NCBI GenBank assembly: GCA_021613535.1
Contig: CP075495.1
Location: 9,362,001 to 9,426,000, forward strand
Source: Adineta vaga
Lineage: Eukaryota > Animalia > Rotifera
Length of the DNA: 64,000 bases
Direction of reading: 5' to 3'
Numbering within the stretch: the stretch's first letter is position 1; each line of letters starts with the position of its first letter. The position numbers and the translations under genes are program-made. This document shows positions 42,410 to 56,984 of this stretch, in pieces. Under the pieces are notes generated by a model. It saw nothing but the letters and a program-made list of their open reading frames with translations, ran no database searches and had not been told where the DNA came from.

Positions 42410-43669
42410 TTAAGAAATAGGATTTTGCCAAGTATCATTTTTATCAACACTATCTGTCTCATCTGTCGTGGGCCACATAGTTTGCATTAAAGGAGTCATC
42501 TGCTCGATTTCACTTTGTTGTTTACTAATGTATTCATCCATATCTATACCAAGAACTTGAAATTGTAATATAAATACAATCAGGTTAGTTACGAACTTCA
42601 CTGTATCTTTTTCATTACCACATCGCAATAGAATATATCTCCACAATAATTCAACATATACATTTTGAGAATTCAACATACATAATGGATCGGTATAATC
42701 TTCATTTACATCTAAACCATCAACACTTCTACTGATACCACTCGAGAGTACAAGAACAATGAGAACAATTTTTAATAGAATAGGATCATGAATATATTGC
42801 TGTAGGGCGTCATTACGCTTTAAAAGACGTTGAGTTATATCTAAACCAAATAGATTTCTCCAAGTAACTATTAGGTTATTATGCGGTAATGGATGCATCA
42901 AAGACGCATTAATATTCGAGATAATACCGAAATGATTTTTCACCAAACGCACTTTATCATGCATGCTCCTACATTGGAACTCTGGTATATGTGTTAGATA
43001 CGCAACACTGATTCTAAATAAACACGTGAATTCATTCAAAATTCCATGGATCGTTGTATGTGGTACTAAAGGATAATATGGAAATTGTGCATTTTTTGTA
43101 GCAATACAAGTGTTTTCATATGCATGGAAAATATTAGAAAGAATCACCTGATCCGTTGGTGACAGACATTGAACTGGTTTGGGTCGTCTGGATGGTGATA
43201 GTGGAGATACCATCTAGAAATACAAATAGAAAACATATTCAGCGATATTTCTCGATCAATTTGAAACATCTCAACATACCGATTCTTCATATTGTTGTTT
43301 CAATAATTTGCCACGTTTTTTCCGATTCATTTCTACCAGTTGATTACGATTTTCTCGTTCTGTATCCGACATGATTAGTGTCTTGTTCATTCCGACTCGA
43401 AAACATTTCGCCAAACGACAACAATTGCATGCGCGTCGAAACGTGTGTGATATCAGACAATCGCCATCATTCTGACAGACAAATGTTTGGACCTTTAGAA
43501 GAATTACATACAAATATAGAAAAGACGAGATAAGTCTACGAACTCCGAGTTTCACTGCATTTCGACGAAAAAACGCTTTACATGGCATGCATGATGGGAC
43601 ACCAAAGTTTATACCAATAGCCACATCATCACATACCAGACATCGACCATGATTTCTCTTCGACATCAT
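42410..43669 (-). CDS. Nuclear receptor (HR96/NR1J-like), P-box CMPCKA, 3 exons, intact
   Basis: [29 protein letters not shown]; [21 protein letters not shown]; LBD ending EQMTPLMQTMWP. Confidence 0.92.
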
Positions 43670-44953
43670 AGAATATGTGAAAAATTAAAACTGAAAACGT
43701 TCCAGTATGATTGTATTTTCATGCCTTGACAAATGTCGTATATGTGCAAGCTCAGTGCTCATTTTCAGATTTGATTCGATTCGTATGATTTCGGCATTAA
43801 TTTTGAATTCTTCATTCTCGAAACTATACGTTTTCAAATCTCTGACAAACAAAACTCTGAAGAAAGACGCAGAATACGTTTGAGAACTGTCCTTTACTAG
43901 AGAAACAAATTAAAAGTTTCTTTTGTAGTGACTCTATGTTAAATTCTTCTAGAAACTATTCTAAAAATATCAAGATTAATGAATACATTAAATAGGTAAA
44001 CCCCGATATGATGTCACTCTATCTAAAGGCGGAAAAGCTACCGATCGTTCCTGACATCCTCATCTTTCGAACAATATATCTATCTCGAACTCATTTCGTG
44101 ATGTTGATTGAAAGAAATAGTGTATTATAGAGTTATTACATCGGTCTGTATGGATTTCAAGCTCAAAATTCCACACGATAGACTAACCGATTACGACTTC
44201 TCCAAAAACTAACCTGCCCATCGGGAAAGGATGGTCTTGTAAAATGGCGTAATCCTATATTTGGCGACAGTTCTTTATAACTCATGTATCGGATATAATC
44301 GATTGCATCATCACTGATTACAATGTAGTATGTAATCGGACGAATGGTTCTGCAGAAATATGAAACTTCATTTATATTCGACCCCTTTACGTTTCTCGAC
44401 AAGTTAACAACATACAAGCTAAAGTTTCATAGATCACATCAGATAATAGAAGACCAAAGGTAGTTGATGTTGTTTGATCTCGGTAATAAGTTCAGAATAT
44501 TTGACGATGGTTTTGTTTTCTGATAAAAAACGAATGAAAATGATGAGTTTAGAAAGTGAAGTCATCATAAACGATTGTAAAATATCGATAGATTTCTTCG
44601 CATTAACATATGAATAACTTATATATCTAGAAAAAATAATTTTCATTAAACATTTATATTTCAATTGAGAAAAAAAAACGTTCAAGAATACACTGTCTTT
44701 ATATTTTATCTTTTCCTAAACAAATCTATATAAATAGAAGAAAATTTTGTATATATATTTTGATGTGCAGAGTCGGACAGTCTTTTAAAAGATTGAGATA
44801 AGAGAGAAAAATTTGACAAAAATATATTTTGTATTTTATGACTACTGAATGACACAAAAACACGAATACATTTTGAAGTTCGTGAAAATGGTAACAAATC
44901 TATATTTTCATCAATCAATCGATTGTGAAATGCTAGAAATCATTGATAGAATA

Positions 44954-46350
44954 TTAGATAACGTTTTCGGCATGATCAATATCGGTAACAGCCTCACTTT
45001 GAGATGAAGTTGGCCACATATTTTGCATTAAAGGATTCATTTGTTGAATTTCATTTCTTAAATTACTTACATAACAATCAATATCCATATCCAAGTTTTT
45101 AATATATAAGATACACATTATTAATTTATTGAGATAGTTCACTGCATGTTTTTCGCTTGTCGACCGCGAAAGAATATATCTCCACAATAATTCAACATAA
45201 ACATTTTGAGCAGCGAAAATGGATAAAGGATTGTCACAAATTTGATCAATATCTATATAATCAAGATTTCTACCGTTACCACTGGAAAGTACAAGAATAA
45301 TGAGAACAATTTTTAGAAGAATTGGATCACGCAAATATGTTTGAAGTAATTGATTGCTTTTTAAAAGACGTTGAGCAAGATCAAGGGTAAAAACATTCGT
45401 CCATGTCGTAGCAATATTTCCTAGTGACATCGATTGCATAATTGGTCCATTGATATTAAGTATAATACCAAAATGATTTTGCAATAAACGTATTTTATCG
45501 TCAATGTGAATATTAAAATATTCTGGTATATGTTTGAAATATTCAATGCAGTTTTGAAATTCATAGCAGAGTTCATCACCATATTCATGTAGAGATGTAT
45601 GTTTTATGTCAGTGATAAATTGACATTTGAGTATGTTTAGCTGATATACATGTAATTTCATATGCATGGAAAATGTTAGCAAGAGTGACTTGATCAATTG
45701 GACGAAGATATTGGACAGGATTCGTTGTGATAACCAGTAAAGGCGATGGTTGTAGCTAGAAATTATATACTGTTATTTCTTTTATTGCCAATTTCAGTCT
45801 GAGTTGATGAGAAAAAATATATCTACTATCAACTACTGTAAGAAAAATAGTTGCAGATGTCTTATTTAACGAACATTCTCAAATAAAAATATATCATATT
45901 GTGTTATTTACCGAGCATTTCTATAAAGTGAACTGCTATATTTACATACCCATTTTGCGCATTGTATTTTTGGTATTTTGCCACGTTTTATTCGATTGAT
46001 TTCTACAAGTCGATTACGAGCTTCTCGATCTTCATTTGACATGATTAGTGTCTTGTTCATTCCCACTCGAAAACATTTCGCCAAACGACAGCAATTACAT
46101 GAACGACGAAATTTGTATGATATCAGACAATCACCATCATTCTGACAGACGAATGGTTGAACCTTTAGAAGAACAAACATGAATTACATACATATGTAGA
46201 AAAAGACGAAATCAGTTTACTTACTCCAAGTTTAATAGCATTCCGACGGAAAAAAGCTTTACACGGCATACATGTTGATACACCAAAATTTAAACCAATA
46301 GCCACATCATCACATACAAGACATCGACCATAGTCTTTCTTTGCCATCAT
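44954..46350 (-). pseudogene. Nuclear receptor paralog, P-box CMPCKA, with a +1 frameshift early in the LBD exon (~45613)
   Basis: The spliced frame reads DQVTLANIFHAYEITCISAKHTQMSIYH*. Deleting one base restores YPDIKHTS, aligning with YPLVPHTT in the neighbouring paralog. Confidence 0.75.
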
Positions 46351-47308
46351 CGGAATATTCAATCTAGAGGGTAGACGATTTCGTAACCTAACATCTACAT
46401 AACACAACAACGACTGCTAAGTTTTAGAAGAAGAAACAACAAAAATGTTGTTTCAAGTTTATCTAAAATAGAAAATCATTTATATTTCGTTTTATAACAT
46501 AATTTAACATAAACACAAAGGATGGTTAAATATGTATATACATATGTCGTGTCGAAGTTAATTTAAATGATTTAGTATATATGAACTATCGAAAAAACAG
46601 CAATATATTCCGACAAACTTATGACTGTTCGAAAATGTGCTACTTCCAGTGTTAAAATTAATAATAGATTATCATCACATTATGTTAGAAAAGATTGAAT
46701 TATGTTACTTTCTGGCAAACTATTTTCGGTCTGAGCTGTAACAATTACATAAAAATACAAATCGAATGAATATTTTATTCTTAAAACTCTCGTATCTTTG
46801 TCATGAAATTCAACAAAAAAAATTGTTCTTTTTTGTTCGATGATTGTTATATATTATCTCATTCAAATCAACTTCGACAAAAAGTATGACCTTCATTCTT
46901 CGATATCCTCAGTTCCTGACACACCAACTCGTTCAAACGATTCTACAAAAACAAACAATGGAATATAGATATGTACATGTAAATGTTTATTATATACAGA
47001 AAATACACTTTCAGAAGAAAACACCACACATATACGCAGAACTATAACATTTTCTATTAAATTCAAAAATTCGTCGAAAAATTTTCTCAACTGAAACATT
47101 AATTAAATGAATGTCATCTTGAAAATATGTCAAAAAAGTTCTCCTTTTGACAGTAACTACTGATGTTCGCTCGACTAATATGTAAAAGATAAATGAAAAC
47201 TCGCGAAGAAAAATAAGTTAATTTTTCCTATTTGTACATTACCAAAAACAATAAATCAATTTTCTCTCATGATTGTGTGTTATTAAAAAATCCATTGATA
47301 AATCCGAA

Positions 47309-48386
47309 CTAAACAGTATCGATGGTAACATTCGAGCTCACTGCGGCTGGCCACATACTTTTCATTAATGGTTCCATTTGTTCAATTTCATCTGAGAGAC
47401 TATTGATATATCCATCAACTGCCAAATGTACATCTAACAAATGCATTAAAAATGCAGTTAATTCAATAAAATATTTCACTGCATCGTATTCGTTTGATGA
47501 ATGTGATAGGATATACTTCCATAGAACTTCAACATATACATTTTGTGCTGAAAGTAATGACGATCTATTGTCATAGATTCGATTTGGATTAATATCACAT
47601 TGATTTCGAAGATTTCCACTTGAAAAAGCAATTACAATAAGAAGAATTTTCAAAATAAGAGGATCAAATGTAAATTGATTGATACGTCGAATAGATTGTA
47701 ACATTCGATCAGCCAAATGAGTACCAAAAATATTGATAAATGATACAGTTAACTTATTTGATATACCAGGATGAATAATGCCTTCATTGATATTATTAAC
47801 GATACCGAATTGATTTCGTATTACATAAACTTTATCATCGAGAAGTAAATTATTAAATTCAGGAATAAATTGAATATATTTGATTAGATATCGATGTGCG
47901 GTCGAATATTCATTTAAAAATGTGGATAAATTCGTATGTATGTGAAGTGGAAAATCAGGATACTGAGATTTTTTTCCTGCTATACATGTTGATTGATAGG
48001 TATTAAATATATTGCGAAGAAGTGTTCGATCGAAATCTGATAAGTATAAATCTGGTTGTTGAACGAGTTGTTTATCACGTATAGCAATACTCTAGAAGAA
48101 AAAAAATAATATGAACGGCTTATTTTCTATTAACCTACTCTCTCACTACAAACTGTATTGAAGTGAGCTTTTGACTTATAAATTAATTTCTTATTCTGCT
48201 TCCACTATTCTATTCGTCAGGAGAAAAAAGCTATTATTAAGATTTATGTTATCGTTTTTGCCCTATATAACTATAATTATGCTGACTGAAAAAGAAAACA
48301 TAAATGAAGTATCACACATTGAGAATATTTTCATATCGTAATGAAAAAAAAAACCATCCAAGATGGAACGCGAAGAAAAAAGGAGC

Positions 48387-48422
<36 letters not shown>

Positions 48423-49173
48423 CAGAAAGGAAGAAATGTTTTTTCAGCGTATTCTTTCTATTAATGGAATATATATAAGGCAGCTGATAGAAGAAGTAGA
48501 ACAAATAGAAAGCAAGAACAACAACATTTGCGTGAAATGACGTAGTTTGGATGAATCATAGTCCAAAGAATAAACGGGAATACATGGTGTCCGTATAGAG
48601 TGCAGAGATAATTGATAATCTTGTGCTATAGAAAAGTAGATGAACTTATTGGACTGAAGTGAGCGGAAGTAATGCAGAGTCGTCTGGAAAATGATATGAA
48701 TTAATACTAAACATGTTTTTTCGATATATTATGCATAGAGTAATATAAACTATTGTGAACTTACCATATCTAATTTGTTTGATTTCGTTACTTTTTCTCG
48801 TTCTCTACGATTTTGTTCGAGTCGTTCTTTTCTAGCTTGTTTTCCAGCTTCAGAAAGAATCAATTCTCGTTTCATACCAACACGAAAACATTTTGCTAAA
48901 CGGCAACAATTACATATACGACGATAGATATGATCAATTTGACAATCGCCATCCCTTGCACAAACATATTCGTGTGTCTAACAAAACGAGAAGAAAATAA
49001 AATATTGAATGATTATTAAAACGGTTTTCATTTCATCTTACACCAAGTTTGACAGCGTTTCGTCGAAAAAATGCTTTACATGCCATACATGTTAATACAC
49101 CAAAATTATAACCAATTGATTTATCACTACAAACCAGACATGGACTATTTTTTTTGGCAAATGAGTCAGCCAT
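47309..49173 (-). CDS. Nuclear receptor (HR96/NR1J-like), P-box CMACKA, 3 exons, intact
   Basis: [29 protein letters not shown]; [21 protein letters not shown]; LBD exon 48092-47309 open, ending EPLMKSMWP. Confidence 0.9.
48388..48421. repeat. (AAAG)n microsatellite in a nuclear receptor intron
   Basis: aagaaagaaagaaag run. Confidence 0.85.
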
Positions 49174-50855
49174 TACCAATGTCTGGAACAGAATGAATTT
49201 ATTGTAATTAGTATATTAGATCTACATAGAAGTTAGTTTTTATAATGAGCAGTAATCAAGAGTAATTCTTCTCTTAGATTTATCATATCTCTTTTAAATT
49301 TTCCCTTTAGGAAGATGGAGAAAAAATAGATTAATGAACTAATAAAGAAAAAGAAGCGATGCCTTTGGGAATAAATTATCTTAGACGTGATCTCATATTA
49401 TTATAACCTTGCTAAAGATTTGATGCGAACATAATTTGACAGGGCCATTTAAAATACTCTGAAAGAAATACTCTCTGGATCTATCAAAACTTGCAAAATA
49501 ACATAAAAAAATGAAAATGAAAATGAAATAAAAATGAAGAAACGCAATTGTCAGATTTTATCAAAATTTACTACAATTTATCCTATTTCAAGCTAACAAA
49601 TAAATTACTCCAATTGATTCAAATATTATAAAAATAAAACCGAAAACTATAGATCATTTAATATATCGTTACGGCCATAGTAGTAAAAGCATATCTTTGC
49701 AATGACGTCAATTTCATCTGAAATATTATAGATGTCACTACCCGATACAATGCAGACATTCAATACAATAATGAAATATGAACAAGTTTCATTGCATATA
49801 TCGTTTTGAAAGTATGATGTTTCCATAATGAATCATTATACATATGTTGAAAAGCATGTATGGCAAGACAATTATTAAATACACAATGCAAAATTGCAAA
49901 TGAATAAAACAGATCTAGTCGATGTTAAAGCATGTTCATAAGTGTGTATGCGCTAAACTAAGAGGAAATTTCACTAGTAATATATATCGGCATTTGTAAA
50001 GATGAATGAGTTGGAGAAAGATAAAAGATATTTTGAGCATTTCTCATTAGTTCATGTGTTTGTTCATAAACAGGATCAACTATGAGTTAGACGAAATGAA
50101 TTTAATCATTAAATCTACAAAAAAAATACAATATGTTTCAAATAAAATTATAATTATACCTCATTTCAGTCTTGTTTCTTACAGTTGGTAACATTCCAAA
50201 GATAAGATTTATATTAAATAAATAAATCCTTGGTGACTTCAATCGAAAAAAGGATTGTTTTTCTTTCTAGAAAATAAAGAAAATCATTTACGAATATAAG
50301 TTCATAAACAAAAAAGAAGAATCTTTATTATATATAGATTAATTTTCAAAAAAAAAACAAATAGAAATTTGATTTTTCTACGGTGAGTATTCGCAAAAAA
50401 AATATATAGTATTACTGTTATTTCATATAGAGAAAAGATTTTTTTTTGATTTCTTCATTTATCCATTCATTAGTTTGTCTAGCAAAAGTAAAATAAATTC
50501 AAAACTATATCATATTTTAGACTTCGACTATGATGAAGAAAGAATCTTCTATTGAATTTCATAAAAGCATTTTTAGAATGTCATACGATCATTCATTTGG
50601 TTGCAAATGGATTAGTACTGATCTTCACGTAGTTTGAGTAAGATAACATGTTTGATCTGATAATATTCTTATTGAAATACGGTTTGATAGAATATTGTTG
50701 TTCTTTGAATATATCTTCAGAGTACCAGTTCATATGTCACTCGACAATTTGACAGATGAAATCATCTCCCATAGGCCCAAGTTCGTTTTCGATATTTCAC
50801 AGAACGTGTTTTGGAAAGAAAAATCATTATCTAATTATCGATGATTGCATGTAAA

Positions 50856-52198
50856 TTACAAACAATGCTTTATTTCCATATTTTTCACTACTCGTGGCCA
50901 CATACTTTGCATTAACGGATCCAATTGATCAATTTCATCCTTCAAAGTAGAAACGTAATATCCTATTTTGCTATAAGTACATTGGAGAAAGAGCAAATTA
51001 AGCACTAATTTATTAAAGAATTTAATGGCATCTTGTTCGGTTGATGTACGATATAGAATATATCGCCATAAAAGTTCAATATATCTATTTTGAGCGATAA
51101 ATATAGCATGAGTATCATCATAAATACCATCAAAAAATGCGTCATTTAGATATCGATTCATCCCACTGGATAATGTTCGGACAATAAGAAGAACTTCTAG
51201 TAACATGGGATCATGTGCATAAATACTTATTCGTTCAATAGAATGTATAAAATCAGTTGCTAGACTCGGTTCGAATAAGTTTCGAATCGATGCAATCGAA
51301 CTTTCTGAAATAACATCATTACATATTCGTTCATTGATACTAAACATAGAACCAAAATGATTTTTAATTAATCGAACTTTATCATCCATAGATAGTCTAT
51401 CAAAATCTGGAACTAATTTAAAATATTCAATCAATGCTTTTTGTCGAATACTATATTCGTTAAGAACCATATGTAAACTGGAGTATGCTTTTGTTGGATA
51501 ATATGGATAAGAAGTAATTCGTGTTGCAATACATGTTCGTTCATAGGCACTAAAAATATTGGTGAGAAGAGTTTGATCTGATACACATAAATGTTTCGAT
51601 TGATTGAATGTTGTTCGAAGTAGATTGGATGGACGAATCTAACAGAAATGATATAAATAAAGTTATTTCTCATAAAATCAACTCAACGATTGTACAAGAC
51701 TTTCAAATACTTTATCATTCATCTTTTCTATCTACAAACTGTATAACATATGATAGTTATTCTCTACGTACCAAATCAAACTCATTTGAAGGTGATGATG
51801 GTACACGTTTTAGTCGATTTTGTAGAATAAGTATTCGACGTGCCTGTTTCTCTGCATCAGATAGTATGAGAGATTTTTGCATTCCAACTCGAAAGCATTT
51901 CGCTAATCGACAACAATTACACATTCGACGATGTTCAAATGTCACTGGGCAGTCGCCATCTTGTTGACAAATGAATTCAGTTTTCTATTCAAATATCAAA
52001 GGAAATAAAGAGTATTATAAGTTAGAAAGATAAACATACACCAAGTTTCACGGCATTTCGTCGAAAGAATGCTTTACATGGTGCACATGTTGGAACAGCA
52101 AAATTAATGCCACTAGCATTATCACCACAGACATAACATGGACCAAGATACTTTGATTTGACTGGTTCTGTGAATGGAAGTTCGTCGAACATAGACAT
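50856..52198 (-). CDS. Nuclear receptor (HR96/NR1J-like), P-box CAPCKA, 3 exons, intact
   Basis: [29 protein letters not shown]; [21 protein letters not shown]; LBD ending DPLMQSMWP. Confidence 0.92.
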
Positions 52199-54517
52199 AG
52201 GATATTTATGAATCAGAAGATTAAAATATCTAGAAGAAATTATAGTAAAATAAAATGAACAAATAATAAAATGATTAACTTTGTCAAACAGTGCAAGATC
52301 AAATATCATTCAATAATGACAACTAAAATCACTTTCTATTGAAAGATTTAGTAGTATCAGTATTATTATATGCTATAAATTGATTTCTTAGTAGAACGAT
52401 GGAGAAATTCTACGGTACTATAAACATCAAAAACGCATTCTGTTTGTCGAAATCTTATTACAACAAAAGTATTTTCGTCTTTCACTGTATTAGGCGAAAT
52501 ATCCTGTCAGTCATTAGAAGTGTGTCTCGCAGTAGTAGTCATTAAAAATATTCTTTAACATTCATGACGCACAGTGTACTTCCGAGACTTTTTTCAATGA
52601 TGTAGCAGTTTGAATATAGAATTTTCTAGGATATGTTCGAAGAAAAAACAACTGATGAATCTTATATTTAAAAAAGGACTTTAAAAAATGACTTGTCTTT
52701 AGGCTATTTAGCGTTATTGTCATTTATGTAAACGAAGTACTCATCAAGAATGCATGATAAAAGAATGAGAACAAAATGGAGAAAAAGATAACTAGGAACA
52801 TAGAGAATCCAATCTTATAGAAAAAACTAAGACGAAGAACAAAATGCACCTACTTCTTTTTATAATAATAGAGTATTTATGCTACAAAGAATAAAAATTT
52901 CTCTAGTCATAACTGATGCTTTCATTCTAAGATTATAACTGCAAGAATCAGATTTTCAATGCATTCTTAAGCGTACTGTTTGCTAAAAATAATTGACCTA
53001 AGTGCATTTCTTAATTGATAAACGGTCTGTTTTCTGTCTTATAGACGTATATTTTTAAATATTTAAGTTTTCTAAATAGAAAAAAGAATCAAATATAAGC
53101 AAAGAACGTATGATGTTTTTCACACCTGTTCTTTTTCTTTTTATCGAAGAAGTGTTTAACAGTAAATAATGCAAAGTTTAAGGAGAAGATTTGATTATTT
53201 ATATTAAATACTGATTGAACACATGAGTTCTATCGAACGATCAAAACAAAAGACTGATTAAGATATTGTGTAGTTATATAAATAATAGAATATAGACCGA
53301 ATTTCAAGGTTGTGAATAACTAAATGTTGATTAACAATGAATTAGATATCTAGAAGAAAAAAAGAAGAAGAGATTTTCATTGAAAGTAACAGTTTAATAA
53401 TTCAATATCTAAATGATGTTTAAGACAAATGATTAATTTGAGGTAAAGGGAAAATATAAAAAGTATCTGAATTGTATTTCAAATTGACCTACATACACTT
53501 CTTTTGAAGTGTTTAAATAAAAGAAGATTTTTCTAACAACTTGGACTATCATACGATAAAATAAACATGGATTGTCTATGAATACGAATCTACTTTATAT
53601 AATTTAATATTTTCAAAATATGATTATAATAGTATTTTGTCGTCAATAATATATATATATATATATATTTGTATAAGATATCAATGCCATATCTGCTTCA
53701 ATAATAAAAGAAAAGCGTGCAAAATAATATACAAAGAAAATGTGTCCAATTAATTAAAGTTACTTCTATATTTTGAGACTAATTCGTGTTTTTTCTATTG
53801 TGTCATCAACAGATGATTGGTTCTAGTAGTCTATAATTAGGTTTTTGCTGAATAAAAGAGTACTTAATATTGTCTATGGTGAAAAAAAGAAAGATTCTTA
53901 TGCACACCATGCCTCTATTCTTTTCTTAATAAAAAAAGCAATGTGCGATTTTTTTCACATATTTTATTACAAAAAAAAACGAAGCACGGTACAACTGAAG
54001 AGAGGGGGAAACAGGAGCGGGGGTATACAGAGAGAAAAAGCAAAGGAAAAAACCAGATATGAATCTGATTTGATGAAAACAAAGGGAAGAATATTGAACA
54101 AATCCCTAAAAAGTATTGGTTTTCTTGTTTTTTTTTTCATACATAAAAGACCAGACAAAGACAAGAGACGATGCACATCTTTACGATACGATTCAAGAGA
54201 TATCAAACAAAACAAAAACATGTTTAGTCAGACAAGGAAAACAAATAAGAAGCAGATATCAGGAAAATTAAATACCTCATCAGGTTTTGTGTCGTCATTG
54301 AATAGAAAGAAGAGATGGGTAATGCATACAAGAAATCAACGAGATGTTATTAAGGAAAACAAAACAACAACAACAACAACAACAATAAGACATACACATT
54401 ATTTGCAATTGTTCTCGAAATCATAAATTTTGCTTGGAGAAACAAAGTCATCACCGGTCCATTTGAAATTTCCAACAACACGAGAAAAAAAAGAAGAGAA
54501 AGAACATTAGTTTCATT

Positions 54518-56951
54518 TCAAGGTGTTGTTCGTATTGATGCATTTGAACGAAGAATCGATGATGATTTTGGTTGTTGAAATGCTTGTAATTGAGCAAAAG
54601 CTAACGATGTTGATGATGTTTGAGATTGAATTTGCTGTTGACGAGATAATGTTTGAAAGATATTTAATGTAGCATATTGAAATGCAGCACGTGCTTGTTG
54701 AGTTAAGTTACATAATTGACGAATCGAATAAGAAATTCGGTCGAAAGCTAGATAGAAAAGATATTTTACTAGTTAAGCGTGTATTTATCTATGAGATTTT
54801 CCTCCTTCGCATCATTGAAGTTTATCTCGCTAACTACTGTCATTTAAATTAGGTTAATATGTTAAATGGATGTTTTGAGAGACTTCGAGAAGCTCTAGAT
54901 AAAGAATAGAACTGAAATCTTTTAATACTAAAAAAAGAGCATTATCATTTTAGTAAATACAAAAAAAATCAGATTTATTATTTGACAAGGTTTTGGCGAA
55001 TTATCAACCATTAAGAAAACTCACTTAGGAAACATTGATTTATTGTTTTTTCTTTGTACTAAATAACACTATAACGAACTAATATTTTTAATATAATGTT
55101 CCTATCTTATTTCGATCAATCATCAGTATAGTTTTTCTACCGGTTAAACTTCAAGTCAAATTAAGACATTTATTGAGTATAAAAGTAATTGATATTCTAT
55201 CCGAAAATTCGTTATTAATACATTTTTCATTGCTTCTAACAATTTTCAAGATAAAAAAATAGTATAGAGAAAACAGTTTTCATACGGATATAAAGTAAAA
55301 CTATTTAGTCTCTTTTTATAGAAAGAAAAATATTTGAAAATAAGTCTGGCCATGTGAAGTCATATAATCAAATAACTTTTTTTTCTCAAAAAATATGATT
55401 CTCTATAAAAATTTAATGTACCTGATTCTAGAACGGAATTTGTCATGTAATAAGATTGAGGATGTTCGGTACTTAATCGTAATTTATTTTCTTCTTCTTG
55501 GTGAATAATTTCCGCATTTATAATTGATTCTTTCCATGATTTGAAGACAAACATTAAATCTCGCAATCGTAATTCAGCTCTTCCCTGTGCCAATAATTCA
55601 AAAACATGACTTGCCTATACAAAAGAAACATGAATTTGTGAATATGTTAGATAATTGGTTTTCTTCGAATTACTTACGGTTATTTCAATTTTTTTGCATT
55701 TAAATATAAAATATTCTGGAACAATAAGAACGCGTGAAGAACAACAATTTGAACCATTTAAATTTGATACAAGAGAATTTGGGGATGGAGAATTGATATT
55801 CACATAATTTTGTACCTATATAGAGAGAATATTTGAGCAGTTATATTCCGATTTGTTTCTATTTCATCTACGTCAGTATTGAATCTTCAATCACTGATCT
55901 GAGCTTAATACTGTCTATCTTTTCTCATTCTATACAAAATTGATCCTTTTACGATAGTTCTATGAAACTTTCTAATCCTATTTGATTTATCGAAATAGAT
56001 ATTCATACCCATCGCTGTTCTTGTATAAGTGCATTCAATTCATCAAAACCTTTATAACAAAGTTCATTTAAATTTTGCATTAATTCTTGAAGATTCATTG
56101 AAGTATTTCTCGATGATAATGATGAGAAATTGGTTGCTGGTTGTTGCTGTTGTTGAAGCGTCATTGCACGCATTTTATGTTGAAGATTAACATCGGAAGC
56201 TAATGATGTTGATGTATTTTGTTGCTGCCATGTAGATTTTGTTGTTACTGGAGATGATGCAGTTGCCATTGATGCAAGAAAACTAATATTGTCATGAACA
56301 GCTTGTTGTTCTTGTTCGAGATTGCAATTTGCTTGTAATGATGTTGATGATGAATGGAATATGGATAAAGGTTCATCATTAAATAATTTATTAACATTTG
56401 ATAAGTGTTGCTGTTGTGTTAATTGAATAAGTGCTTCATCAATCGATGATGAGGCTGACGAGGAAGCTGAGGAAGTTGATTTTCGAGTTAGTATTGATGA
56501 TGGATGGTTTGATAAGGAAAGTCTACTAACTGTTGATTTTGATGGAACAAAATCTAAATTGATTTGCACAAATATTTCTTAGATCATATTATTCAAAGAT
56601 TAAAATTAAAATCTTATGAAAATCATTGTCTAAAGATCGATGTAGATGTTCGTATTTTGCAGCAATGATATCTGAAAGATTCGATGAAAGGAAAAGCGTC
56701 AAAAAATCTATAATTGAATAATTGATGGCTCAACTACTTCTATGATTCGTCAATCTTTTATGAATATATTTACTAAGACCTATTTCAAAATATTTACCTG
56801 CATGTCCATTGATGAAAAACGAATTGGTTGATGAAAATATATGATTTGGAGTCATTTCTGCATCGGTGATTCTCTTATCATTTTCAATTGTTGTTATCGT
56901 TATAGGACTGTCTCTTGTACTATTCGTAAGAAGAGATGCCGATAAGAAATG

Positions 56952-56984
<33 letters not shown>

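Noticed and set aside
48580-48660. tacatggtgtcc resembling a Tc1/mariner TIR
   Set aside because: No convincing partner TIR found.
53845-54426. 193-aa plus-strand ORF
   Set aside because: Low-complexity, TTG start, and antisense to the presumed 3' UTR of the MEIOC-like gene; includes an (ACA)n repeat.
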